Source: a virus (Duplodnaviria > Caudoviricetes). Taken from it: a stretch of DNA of 64,000 nt. Below are positions 9,112 to 18,413 of this stretch, piece by piece. How positions within the stretch are numbered: the stretch's first letter is position 1; every line of letters begins with the position of its first letter. The DNA is taken from IMG/VR virus record IMGVR_UViG_3300043177_000122, positions 294,994-358,993 of that record. One strand, written 5' to 3'. The notes under the pieces were generated by a model. The model worked only from the letters and a program-made list of their open reading frames with translations, searched no databases and had not been told where the DNA came from. A program made the position numbers and the translations under genes.

Positions 9112-9948
9112 ATTCCGGAAGGTCCTGAAGTAAAATTAAGCGCCGATTTAATTAGACCATTAGTTATAGGTAAGAGGGTAATTAATGCATTTCCAGGTAA
9201 GAAAAGTAGATACGCAACTAGTCCCCCAGATGGGTTTTCTAGTTTTTTGGATACAATCACCAAAGAAGAAGTAAGAGTTATTGAAGTAGATGTCAAAGGT
9301 AAATTTATGTACTGGAAGTTTAGTAACGGATGGTACATGATGAATTCTTTTGGTATGAGTGGTCAATGGTCTCCTAAAGAAGGTAAACACCCTTGTTTTG
9401 TTTTTTATTTTAGTGAGAATTGGCCCGTCGTGGAAGAGACTATGTACTTCAATGACCCGCGGCACTTTGGAACCATAAAGTTCACAAATTCTGAAAAAGA
9501 GTTTAACAAAAAACTTGATGAATTAGGATGGGATCCCTTATCGATGCCGCTTGACAAAAGCGTACGATGGATTACATTTCAACTCTCTAAATCTAAGAAA
9601 CCTATTGCTGAAGTTTTGATGGATCAGGGACTTTTTTCTGGGGTCGGAAACTATATTAGGGCTGAAGCGTTATATGCATGTAAGCTTTCACCATGGCGGG
9701 CTTCTAATACGCTTTCCAAGGATGAAATTCAATTGTTATGTCAGGCCATTGTTGATGTTATGCAAGAATCATACCAGCACCAAGGCGCTACTATTCATAC
9801 CTACAAAACCGCTTATGGTGATGAAGGTCATTACTCAACTAAGTTCAAGGTATATGGTCAGAAGCAAGACCCACTTGGTCATAAAATTGTGAAGCAGCAG
9901 ACAGCAGATAAAAGAACTATTTACTGGTGTCCTGACGTTCAAGTATAA
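9112..9948 (+). CDS. nei: Fpg/Nei-family DNA glycosylase/AP lyase, probable AUU start, zincless finger
   Basis: PEGPEV, KGKFMY, SFGMSG, YFNDPRHFG, H2TH motif GVGNYIRAEALY, C-terminal RTIYWCP. AGGTG SD at 9103-9107, then ATT at 9112 directly before the Pro codon. Confidence 0.9.
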   Translation: MPEGPEVKLSADLIRPLVIGKRVINAFPGKKSRYATSPPDGFSSFLDTITKEEVRVIEVDVKGKFMYWKFSNGWYMMNSFGMSGQWSPKEGKHPCFVFYFSENWPVVEETMYFNDPRHFGTIKFTNSEKEFNKKLDELGWDPLSMPLDKSVRWITFQLSKSKKPIAEVLMDQGLFSGVGNYIRAEALYACKLSPWRASNTLSKDEIQLLCQAIVDVMQESYQHQGATIHTYKTAYGDEGHYSTKFKVYGQKQDPLGHKIVKQQTADKRTIYWCPDVQV

Positions 9949-9957
9949 GGTATTATT

Positions 9958-10950
9958 ATGTCTCCTACATTAGTAAAAATTTTAGTTGCTATTGGTGCCG
10001 TCCTCACGATTGGCGTTTTGATTTTTATCATCTACATGCAGTTACAAATTAAGGCCCAGCAAACTGCTATTCAAACTCAGCTCGTTGAGCAAAAACAATT
10101 AGTAGATGGAATCATGCGTAGTCAGAGCCAATATGCGACTAAACAAGATATTGATAAGTTTGCTAAAGATAACAATGTCAATCTAAAAGCAATTCAAGAT
10201 GATTTAGATAAGTTGAATGCTCAAGTTACTTCTATTAATGTAGTCATTGCTGCTAGCCGAGGGCAACATGGAACTAACATCCCGAGCACTCCGCCTGGTC
10301 CTAATAATCCAACTAATCCAAATCCGGTAGATCCTAGCAATCCCGATCCATTTGGATATATGAAGACACAGCAAAATCTTGCTCTAAATGAAGATTTTGG
10401 TACTGTCAAAGTTCCATTTGGTCAAGTTGGATTTTCTGCCTGGAAGGATAAGCCTTGGTCAGTTGATATCTCTCAAAGAGATTATAATCTGGTTACAGTT
10501 GTTGGAACTGATGAGAATCAAAGGCAGTATTTTTACAACAAGTTTAGTATAACGACTGGCGGCAAGACATACGATGTTCCAATCAAGATAGCTTCTACTA
10601 AACAAGAATATCCAAGTCCAAAGTTTAGTTGGTGGAACCCAAGGCTATTGATGGGGCTGGATGGTGGGGTCAATATTACACACGGAAAAGGCGAGTTTAC
10701 CCCAAGTGTTAATGTAGGAATTATGTCTTATGGGCAATATAAAACTACACCAGACCTATCGATTCTAGAAGTTGGTGTAGGTTATGGAACTATTAACAAG
10801 ACTCCTCAAGTATTAATCACGCCAGTAGCTTATAATATTGGCAAGAATCTCTTTTCACCATTAATGAATAACACATATATAGGCCCAAGTTTTCAAGTTA
10901 GTACAGATGGTTCTCTTGGGGCGGGTGCGGGCCTAAGGGTAGGTTTTTGA
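9958..10950 (+). CDS. Membrane-anchored protein: N-terminal TM helix, coiled coil, Pro/Asn linker, beta-strand C-terminus ending in Phe
   Basis: ILVAIGAVLTIGVLIFIIYM; Q-rich heptads; terminal LGAGAGLRVGF. Confidence 0.7.
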   Translation: MSPTLVKILVAIGAVLTIGVLIFIIYMQLQIKAQQTAIQTQLVEQKQLVDGIMRSQSQYATKQDIDKFAKDNNVNLKAIQDDLDKLNAQVTSINVVIAASRGQHGTNIPSTPPGPNNPTNPNPVDPSNPDPFGYMKTQQNLALNEDFGTVKVPFGQVGFSAWKDKPWSVDISQRDYNLVTVVGTDENQRQYFYNKFSITTGGKTYDVPIKIASTKQEYPSPKFSWWNPRLLMGLDGGVNITHGKGEFTPSVNVGIMSYGQYKTTPDLSILEVGVGYGTINKTPQVLITPVAYNIGKNLFSPLMNNTYIGPSFQVSTDGSLGAGAGLRVGF

Positions 10951-11789
10951 TGCTACATATTCTCACTTTGACATGGAACGCTGCTGATAAGATTACCAAG
11001 TTGTATGAATCACTCATGCCAGCTTTGGAAGGAATTGATTACCACTGGTGGATTAAGGACAACGCCTCTAAAGATGATACTGTTGCCCGAGCCAATACCT
11101 GGGGTGATAAAGTTCATTGTATTGCATATAAGGATAATCGTCAGAACTTTTCAGAAGGCTGCAATTTTCTTTTCAATGAAGCAAAACCAAATGATAGTGA
11201 CTATGTAATGTTACTTAACAACGATATTATCTTTAAAGATAAAGAGTCTATCAAAAAGATGATCTCTATTATCGAGAAAGATGATTCGGTAGGTATGGTT
11301 GGTGCCAGGTTACTTTATACTGATACCGATCAGTTGCAGCACGCTGGTGTTGTTTTTAATCCTACTTATAAAACCCCTATGCACTTCCGTGCTGGTCAGC
11401 AAACAGATGCTGATGCTGAACGCGATCGTGAATTCCAGGTAGTTACTGGTGCTGTTTGTATCACCAAGGGAGAATATTTCCGTAACGCAAACCCACAGAC
11501 TAAATCTGGTATTGCTGGAATGGACGAAAGCTATCATTGGGCATTTGATGATGTAGATTTATGTCTTTCTATTAAGTACAATCTAGGTAAGAAGATTGTT
11601 TATTGTGGTGGAACCAATATCTTCCATGAGGAAAGCGCCTCTCTCAAAAAGAATCAGGTTAATAAACTCTTCTTACCACACAACTTGCAATATCTTTTCA
11701 AGAAGTGGCAAGGCCGTTATGCCATTGATCAAGAAGCTTATACAAAAGATTCCAGACTTAATTTATATCGAGGGACAAATGTCGGTTGA
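10950..11789 (+). CDS. Glycosyltransferase family 2
   Basis: ILTLTWN, IKDNAS, MLLNNDI, VTGAVC, FDDVDLCL. ATG overlaps the upstream TGA. Confidence 0.9.
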   Translation: MLHILTLTWNAADKITKLYESLMPALEGIDYHWWIKDNASKDDTVARANTWGDKVHCIAYKDNRQNFSEGCNFLFNEAKPNDSDYVMLLNNDIIFKDKESIKKMISIIEKDDSVGMVGARLLYTDTDQLQHAGVVFNPTYKTPMHFRAGQQTDADAERDREFQVVTGAVCITKGEYFRNANPQTKSGIAGMDESYHWAFDDVDLCLSIKYNLGKKIVYCGGTNIFHEESASLKKNQVNKLFLPHNLQYLFKKWQGRYAIDQEAYTKDSRLNLYRGTNVG

Positions 11790-12054
11790 AGTAGGGTATT
11801 ATAAACACTTCAAAGGTAATATTTACCAAGTTCTTGGAGTTGGTAAACACTCTGAAACTGGTGAAGAGCTAGTTGTATATTTAGGGTTATATGATGTCCC
11901 TCATGTTTTTGGTGCTATGTGGATTAGACCCGTTTCAATGTTTCTAGAAACCATTGAGAGAGATGGAAAGGTAATGCGACGTTTTGCACCAATCTCTTAC
12001 AGAGAAGCAATGAGGGAGTTGTATCCTTCGCCACTTAATGCTGATAAGGTATAA
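11779..12054 (+). CDS. DUF1653-like protein
   Basis: YYKHFKGNIYQV...HSETGEELVVY...MWIRPVSMF. Start refined to ATG 11779 (SD GAGGG). Confidence 0.85.
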   Translation: MSVEVGYYKHFKGNIYQVLGVGKHSETGEELVVYLGLYDVPHVFGAMWIRPVSMFLETIERDGKVMRRFAPISYREAMRELYPSPLNADKV

Positions 12055-13026
12055 ATGAAAAAAGTTCTTGTTACAGGTACATGTGGTTTTATCTTTGGAA
12101 ACTTTATTCGCAAAGCCATCTATGATCAAAATCAAAAAAGGTCCCAGGATAAAGGGTACGTGTTTTCTAGTGTGGATCGTGTTACCTATGAAGGTAACTC
12201 CATGTACTGGAACAAAAACCATACTTTCTACCCGGCTGATATCCGCGATCAACACATTATGGATGCCATTTTCAAATTTGAAAAACCAGATATCGTAATT
12301 CATGGGGCGGCCGAAACCTTCGTAGATACGTCATTGAAAGATCCGAACTCTTTCGTCACATCCAATGTGTTGGGAACTCAAGTTATCATTAACAATTGTC
12401 TAAAGCACAAGGTAGAGAGGTTGATTTATATTTCCACAGATGAGGTGTATGGCCATCTTACCAGCGAGTCTGACCCGCCCTGGAAAGAGGATGCTCCACT
12501 TAATCCTAGAAATCCCTATTCAGCTTCTAAGGCTGCCGGAGAACTAATGGTTAAAGCTGCCCACCAGACTCATGGGTTAATTTATAACATTACCAGAAGT
12601 TCTAACTGCTATGGACCTCGCCAGTATGCTGAAAAGCTAGTCCCAAAGGCTATTAAGTGTATTATGGAGGGTCAGAAAATTCCTATCTATGGCCAAGGTT
12701 TACAGATTAGGGATTGGACCTATGTGGCAGATAATTGTACAGCCATTATGGCTATCCTTGATCGAGGCGCCCCAAATGAGATATACAATATTTCAGCCAA
12801 TCAAGAATTCACTAACATTGAAACTATTAATTTGGTTTGCAATGCAATGGGTAAAGGGCATGATTTAATTTCTTTTATTCCAGATCCAAGGACCGGGCAT
12901 GATTTTAGGTATGCGATTGATACCGCCAAGGTTCGTGAATTGGGCTGGAAGCCAACTTATAAATTCAAGGATGGCATCAGAGATACAGTACAATGGTATC
13001 TAGATAATCCATGGTTTTTGAAGTGA
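12055..13026 (+). CDS. rmlB: dTDP-glucose 4,6-dehydratase (extended SDR)
   Basis: HGAAETFVD, STDEVYG, PYSASK, SNCYGPRQ, EKLVP, IRDWTYV, GHDFRYAID. Rossmann motif is the variant GTCGFIFG. Confidence 0.9.
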   Translation: MKKVLVTGTCGFIFGNFIRKAIYDQNQKRSQDKGYVFSSVDRVTYEGNSMYWNKNHTFYPADIRDQHIMDAIFKFEKPDIVIHGAAETFVDTSLKDPNSFVTSNVLGTQVIINNCLKHKVERLIYISTDEVYGHLTSESDPPWKEDAPLNPRNPYSASKAAGELMVKAAHQTHGLIYNITRSSNCYGPRQYAEKLVPKAIKCIMEGQKIPIYGQGLQIRDWTYVADNCTAIMAILDRGAPNEIYNISANQEFTNIETINLVCNAMGKGHDLISFIPDPRTGHDFRYAIDTAKVRELGWKPTYKFKDGIRDTVQWYLDNPWFLK

Positions 13027-13065
13027 TATATGTAGGCGAGGAATATACAATTTAAAAGGAAAATA

Positions 13066-14427
13066 ATGTCAGCAACATCTAAAACAGAAACAAACGAAAA
13101 AGAAGAAATGGTAGACGATATTACAAAAGAAAAAGTTGAAGCGTCTGAAAATGCAGTTGATATGTCAAAACTTGCTGCACTTAAAGCGAAAAGCCAAGCT
13201 AAACAAGAGGAGACGAAAATGGCAGCAAAAATTGTATCAAAGAAAGATAGAAGCATTGTCCTAGGTGTATTAGGATCGGGACAAGCTGGTTCAAGGATTG
13301 CCGAAGCCTTTTATAAGCTAGGGTATGATGCTGTTGCGGTAAATACTGCAATTCAAGATTTGAAGTTTATTGATATCCCAGATTCCAACAAGCTATTACT
13401 TGAACATGGTTTGGGTGGGGCTGCTAAGGAAATTGAAATTGGTAAAGCTGCCGCCGAAACTCATCGTGGTGAAATTCTTCAACTCATTAATGAAAAACTC
13501 CAGCACTCTCAAATCAATGTTCTTTGTTTAAGTTTGGGCGGTGGCTCTGGTGCCGGTTCATGTGAGACTTTGGTAGATATTTTATCAAATACTGGTAAGC
13601 CATTAGTTGTTATTACTGTTCTGCCAATGGATACTGAAGATGCCCAAACTAAATCTAATGCATTAGAGACTCTATCAAAATTAGCCAAATTAACCCAAAC
13701 CAAAAGAGTCAATAATCTAATCGTAGTAGATAATGCTAAGATTGAAGCAATCTATCATAATGTAAGTCAGGTTGATTTCTATGGTACTGCTAACAAAGCC
13801 ATTGTAGATCCAATTGATGTTTTTAATACTCTTTCATCTATGCCATCTTCTGTTAAGGGCCTAGATCCAATGGAATGGGGAAAACTTTTCACTGATGGTG
13901 AAGGCTTAACTGTTTATGGTGAGTTGACAGTAGATAACTTTGCAGAAGATACTGCTATTGCAGAGGCTGTTGTCAATAACCTAAATGGCAATTTGCTTGC
14001 AGGCGGATTTGATCTAAAACAATCTAGATATGTTGGTGTAATTATTGCAGCCAATAAAGATATTTGGGCAAAGATTCCCAGCTCAAGTATTACCTATGCT
14101 ATGGCAATGGTTAATGATCAGTGTGGAACTCCAAAGGGAGTATTTAAAGGCATCTACACTATAGATACACCAGATCCGGTCGTTAAGGTCTATTCTATGT
14201 TTACTGGGCTTGGTTTGCCAGACAGTCGTGTAACTCAACTAAAGAAAGAGGCTCAGGAACATATGCAGAATGTTAAGGGCAAAGATGAACAGCGCAATCT
14301 TAATCTAAACCTAGACACCGGAACCAATGAAACTGTTTCCGCAGCCCAAAAAGTTAAGGAAAAGATGGCTCAGAAAGCTTCCGCATTTGGTAAGCTAGTT
14401 GGTGGCGTAGTAGATAGGCGCAAGTAA
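13066..14427 (+). CDS. FtsZ/tubulin-family GTPase
   Basis: GSGQAGSRIAE, AVNT, GLGGAAKEIEIG, SLGGGSGAG, ITVLP, VDNAK; charged N-terminal extension. Confidence 0.88.
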   Translation: MSATSKTETNEKEEMVDDITKEKVEASENAVDMSKLAALKAKSQAKQEETKMAAKIVSKKDRSIVLGVLGSGQAGSRIAEAFYKLGYDAVAVNTAIQDLKFIDIPDSNKLLLEHGLGGAAKEIEIGKAAAETHRGEILQLINEKLQHSQINVLCLSLGGGSGAGSCETLVDILSNTGKPLVVITVLPMDTEDAQTKSNALETLSKLAKLTQTKRVNNLIVVDNAKIEAIYHNVSQVDFYGTANKAIVDPIDVFNTLSSMPSSVKGLDPMEWGKLFTDGEGLTVYGELTVDNFAEDTAIAEAVVNNLNGNLLAGGFDLKQSRYVGVIIAANKDIWAKIPSSSITYAMAMVNDQCGTPKGVFKGIYTIDTPDPVVKVYSMFTGLGLPDSRVTQLKKEAQEHMQNVKGKDEQRNLNLNLDTGTNETVSAAQKVKEKMAQKASAFGKLVGGVVDRRK

Positions 14428-14687
14428 TGACTGAAATTGATGTATGGTATGGCGATAGTGATAGAAGGTCCCTTGAACCGATCAAGGACCTTCTACTCAA
14501 GTTTAATCAAAACGGCCCGTCTGAGATTCAAATTACTGATAAGGTTTGGCTAGATAACATGGGCCTTGATGAGGACTATAAATATATTGTGACATACGAG
14601 AAATTACCTGATGATTATTTTGTTAGTTATGATGCTTATGCTTGGTGTTATCCTGGTGAATGTAGTTTAAATACTAAATGGTGGTAA
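14427..14687 (+). CDS. Hypothetical protein (86 aa)
   Basis: ORF coupled to the upstream stop (TAATG). Confidence 0.65.
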   Translation: MTEIDVWYGDSDRRSLEPIKDLLLKFNQNGPSEIQITDKVWLDNMGLDEDYKYIVTYEKLPDDYFVSYDAYAWCYPGECSLNTKWW

Positions 14688-14990
14688 ATGGAAACAGATA
14701 TTCTAAAACACTTCATTGGTAAGGATGTAGAAGTCCTTGTCTCTGGTGTTTGGATTGAAGGTCGTATGCATCCAATCTCAAAAGGAATAGTTACATTGAT
14801 GCCTATTGATGTGACTGCTGCTTTTTATGGGCCAACCGCCATGAAGACAGAGGTAATCCAAGCTATTAGACAAATCAAAAAGAATGGACAAGTAGTATCA
14901 GATCCGGTACCAGAAGCAAATCAGCCACCTGTTGTTAGATCAAGTTTAGACCAGGTAACACCTGGTCAACGTTTTAAGAGGAATCAATGA
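14688..14990 (+). CDS. Hypothetical protein, possible Sm/LSm-like fold
   Basis: LKHFIGKDVEVLVSGVWIEGRM pattern (helix, G-K-x-V strand, G-x-strand). Confidence 0.5.
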   Translation: METDILKHFIGKDVEVLVSGVWIEGRMHPISKGIVTLMPIDVTAAFYGPTAMKTEVIQAIRQIKKNGQVVSDPVPEANQPPVVRSSLDQVTPGQRFKRNQ

Positions 14991-15352
14991 AAAAGACTAA
15001 GAGACTTACTCGTAGACAACTTAAGAACGCACAACAATTTTTGTCTGATTTAGATCAGCCAAAAAAGAGTCGTAGAAATACAAAATTAGTGCATGCTCTA
15101 AAGAAACACCTAACTAGTGTAGTAGAGAAGACTGCTCTTAAAGTTGCTAAAGTTGAACCAATTTTTAGCTTGGCAAACTATTTTGCTAAGAAAGCACAAA
15201 AGAGGCTAGAGAAACTTACTCAGCGCGAGGAAGATCGTCAAGCTAAGGCGGATAAGATTGCTGTCAGGGCCAAGTTGAAGGCAGCCAAGAAAGCGGCCCG
15301 TGAAGCAAGAGAAGCTAAAAGAGCTGCTAGATTAGCTAGAGAACAAGAATAA
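14987..15352 (+). CDS. Basic Lys/Arg/Ala-rich protein, possibly nucleic-acid binding
   Basis: Composition; KAAKKAAREAREAKRAARLARE. Confidence 0.6.
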   Translation: MKKTKRLTRRQLKNAQQFLSDLDQPKKSRRNTKLVHALKKHLTSVVEKTALKVAKVEPIFSLANYFAKKAQKRLEKLTQREEDRQAKADKIAVRAKLKAAKKAAREAREAKRAARLAREQE

Positions 15353-15361
15353 GGCGGTTAC

Positions 15362-16228
15362 ATGGCAGAGTTGATTAAAGGAATTGATGTATCTGTTTAC
15401 CAAGGCGATAATATCAATTGGAAAGCAGTCGCAGCGGCAGGTTACAAATTCGTTATTTGTCGTTGCGGTGTAGGTAATGGTTCTAAAGATAAGAATTATG
15501 CAAAGAATATAGCTGGTGCTAAAGCCGTAGGACTTAAAGTGGCAGCTTACCATTTTGTTTATCCGCTTCCTACTATTCCAAATCAACCATTACGCGATCC
15601 AAAAGCGCAAGCTAAGTTACATGCTGATTGGGCAGGCAAAGATATTTTAGCTGCATGTGACTTGGAGTGGCCTGAACCAGAAAATTGGAGCAAATGGGGT
15701 TGTACTGCTCAGCAAATAATTGATTGGACCGTAACTTATTTAGAAGAGTATGAAAGGCTAACTGGTATCCGACCAGTTGTTTATACTTATCCATACTTTG
15801 CTAAAGCTATTAATCTTCCAACATCATTTGCTCAGAAATGGCAGTTGTGGATTGCTAGCTATACGGCTAATCCAACTATTCCTAAACCTTGGACTGACTG
15901 GCTGCTTTGGCAAGACTCTGGCGGTAAAACTACAAATTTACCTGGTGGTGGGCCTGTGGATACCAATAAAGCCCGCGATCTGTCATGGTGGGAAAATTTT
16001 GAAAAGCGCAATGCTACACCAGAACCACCTCCACCAGAGCCGGTGCCAGAACCAACTCCTACACCAGAACCACCTCCACCAGAGCCGGTGCCAGAACCAA
16101 CTCCTACTCCAGTAGTTCCACCGCTCCCGCCGCCTCCAGTTCAGCCTACTGGTAATTCAAATTTCTTTGTTGCTTTTATTCAGGAAGTGATCGATTTGTT
16201 GAAAAAAGTATTTAAATTCAAGAAGTAA
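15362..16228 (+). CDS. GH25 muramidase (lysozyme) with Pro-rich linker and amphipathic C-terminal helix
   Basis: GIDVSVYQG, AAYHF, DLEW, VVYTY, LWIASY, WLLWQ, VDTN. Confidence 0.9.
   Translation: MAELIKGIDVSVYQGDNINWKAVAAAGYKFVICRCGVGNGSKDKNYAKNIAGAKAVGLKVAAYHFVYPLPTIPNQPLRDPKAQAKLHADWAGKDILAACDLEWPEPENWSKWGCTAQQIIDWTVTYLEEYERLTGIRPVVYTYPYFAKAINLPTSFAQKWQLWIASYTANPTIPKPWTDWLLWQDSGGKTTNLPGGGPVDTNKARDLSWWENFEKRNATPEPPPPEPVPEPTPTPEPPPPEPVPEPTPTPVVPPLPPPPVQPTGNSNFFVAFIQEVIDLLKKVFKFKK
16016..16105 (+). repeat. Perfect 2 x 45 bp tandem repeat (TPEPPPPEPVPEPTP)
   Basis: acaccagaaccacctccaccagagccggtgccagaaccaactcct twice. Confidence 0.95.
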
Positions 16229-16300
16229 TCGCGCTACAGTTACTGCAATTAGCATGTAAGATTTGTCGAGAAAAAGGTATCAGTTATATATGATACCTGC

Positions 16301-17827
16301 ATGGCGAAGATCGTAATCAAAGGCAACACGTCGCAAATTATCGAAGAAGCAGATGTTGAGCACATTCTTGCTTTGGATAAGCATTTGTCGTTTTACGTAC
16401 AAGGTGCCGAACATACTGCTGCATTCAAGGGATATCTCAATCGTGATGGGGATTGGGTTAAGTGGGATGGCTTTAAAAAGCTACTCACTCCAACTCTTCA
16501 ATTTCCAAGTGGGCTCGTAGAAAGAGTCAAAGACTTCTACCATACTGCTGGCAAAGATATTGAAGTAATAGACAAGAGAATTGCAAAGAGTCCTGGTAAG
16601 CCGCGCGACATTCTTACAAATTTAAAAAAGATTGGCAAAGAACCGTACCCGTATCAAACGGAAATTCTTGATGTCATTGACAAATATGATCGAGGAATTA
16701 TCAAAGTAGCTACAGGGGGTGGCAAGTCTCTCATCGCTGCTTTAATTGCTGCAAAATTAGGCAAGAAAACTATTATTTACGTAATTGGCAAAGATTTACT
16801 CTACCAATTCCACGAGTTTTTCTCGCAATGTTTCGACGAACCAATTGGTATCATTGGAGATGGACAATGTCAAATTCATGATATCAATATCGCTAGTATT
16901 TGGACGGTAGGCCAAGCTATTGGTATGAAGAAGAATGAGATTCTTCTTGATTCGGATGACGATGAGAAGCTCATCAATAAGACTAAGTATGCTGATATTC
17001 TAAAAATGATGAAAGAAGCGAAAGTCTCTATCATTGATGAATGTCACATGTCAGCTTGTGAAACTATTCAACAGATATTTAAACAATCAGCCACTGAGTA
17101 TCTTTACGGACTTAGTGGATCTCCTTGGAGAGATGATGGTGCCGATCTTCTAATTGAGTCTATTCTTGGTAAGTATATTGTTAATATTCCAGCTTCCAGA
17201 TTAATTAGAGAAGGATATCTAGCCCAACCATTTATCAAATTCCGAGTTACACCACCGTACCCTTATGAATTGGAAAAGAATTATCAATCAATCTATAAGA
17301 ACTATGTCGTAGAAAATGATGTTCGTAATGGCTTGGTATTAGATGCTGCAAAAACATTGGTCAAGAAGGGATATCAAACCTTAGTATTATTTAGTAGTAT
17401 CAAACATGGAAAGATTTTGTATGAACTATTTAAAGAACACATGAACTGTGCTATTCTAGACGGCTCCAACGATAAAGATGAAAGAGAAAAAGTCAAGAAG
17501 GACCTCATGGCTCATAAAATTGATTGTGTTCTAGCATCACGTATCTTTGATATAGGCGTCGATATCCCAAGTCTATCGGGTCTAGTCATTGCTTGCGGAG
17601 GCAAATCAACAGTTAAAGCTTTACAGAGGGTTGGCCGAGTTATTCGTAAATATCCGGGTAAAAAGTTTGCTGTGATAGTAGATTTTGCCGATCAGGTTAC
17701 GTTCTTAGATAATCACTCTCGTATACGACATAGTATTTATTCATCTGAAGATGGATTTAATGTGTCATGGCCTGTAGAAGTAAAGCAAACAAGGAAGAGG
17801 AAAAAGAAGAATGAACAAGAAGAATGA
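16301..17827 (+). CDS. Superfamily 2 DNA helicase (UvsW/XPB-like)
   Basis: ATGGGKS, IIDECH, GLSGSP, IFDIGVDIP, QRVGRVIR. Confidence 0.92.
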   Translation: MAKIVIKGNTSQIIEEADVEHILALDKHLSFYVQGAEHTAAFKGYLNRDGDWVKWDGFKKLLTPTLQFPSGLVERVKDFYHTAGKDIEVIDKRIAKSPGKPRDILTNLKKIGKEPYPYQTEILDVIDKYDRGIIKVATGGGKSLIAALIAAKLGKKTIIYVIGKDLLYQFHEFFSQCFDEPIGIIGDGQCQIHDINIASIWTVGQAIGMKKNEILLDSDDDEKLINKTKYADILKMMKEAKVSIIDECHMSACETIQQIFKQSATEYLYGLSGSPWRDDGADLLIESILGKYIVNIPASRLIREGYLAQPFIKFRVTPPYPYELEKNYQSIYKNYVVENDVRNGLVLDAAKTLVKKGYQTLVLFSSIKHGKILYELFKEHMNCAILDGSNDKDEREKVKKDLMAHKIDCVLASRIFDIGVDIPSLSGLVIACGGKSTVKALQRVGRVIRKYPGKKFAVIVDFADQVTFLDNHSRIRHSIYSSEDGFNVSWPVEVKQTRKRKKKNEQEE

Positions 17828-18413
17828 TGATGGAGGGGCATTATCGCCTATTCCAAATGACAAATACAAAAAGTTCTTCGAAAAGTTTGCTGAGATAGAT
17901 ACCCTGGATGTGTCGCAATGGAAGGTTGTCCACATCCTTGGTTATTTCTGCAAGAAGTATAAGCAGACTTACGGAATTGATTATTCTTGGAAGTTCAATA
18001 ACCAAAGTCCCACTAAATGCTTTGAAGTATGGCAAGCTAACACACTAGCAGCCAAACTATCTGCAAACCCCAAGATTCTGCGAGATTACATCGATTGGGT
18101 TTTCGTAAACCACGTGCCAAAGACCAAAGCACGTTTCAGATCCGTCTCATTCATTACTAAAGATGAAATAGTGCAAGACTATAAAATGAATGTACTTCTT
18201 GCGGGGCAGAAAAACCTACAAGTAGATCGTTCAACACTTTTGCCGTCAAACTACGTGGACATTATCAAAGAGCTGGCGAATCTTAATGTTTCTACATATG
18301 GTGATTTGGCGTTCATTTCACAAATGGATCCAATGCCGGACAATATTACCAAAGCGTTAGCAAAATTGTCAGAATTTGGTTTAGATCAAGATGTATTGAA
18401 GAGGATTGTATGA
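17811..18413 (+). CDS. Hypothetical protein in replication module
   Basis: Overlapping, operon-like ORF between helicase and loader. Confidence 0.7.
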   Translation: MNKKNDDGGALSPIPNDKYKKFFEKFAEIDTLDVSQWKVVHILGYFCKKYKQTYGIDYSWKFNNQSPTKCFEVWQANTLAAKLSANPKILRDYIDWVFVNHVPKTKARFRSVSFITKDEIVQDYKMNVLLAGQKNLQVDRSTLLPSNYVDIIKELANLNVSTYGDLAFISQMDPMPDNITKALAKLSEFGLDQDVLKRIV

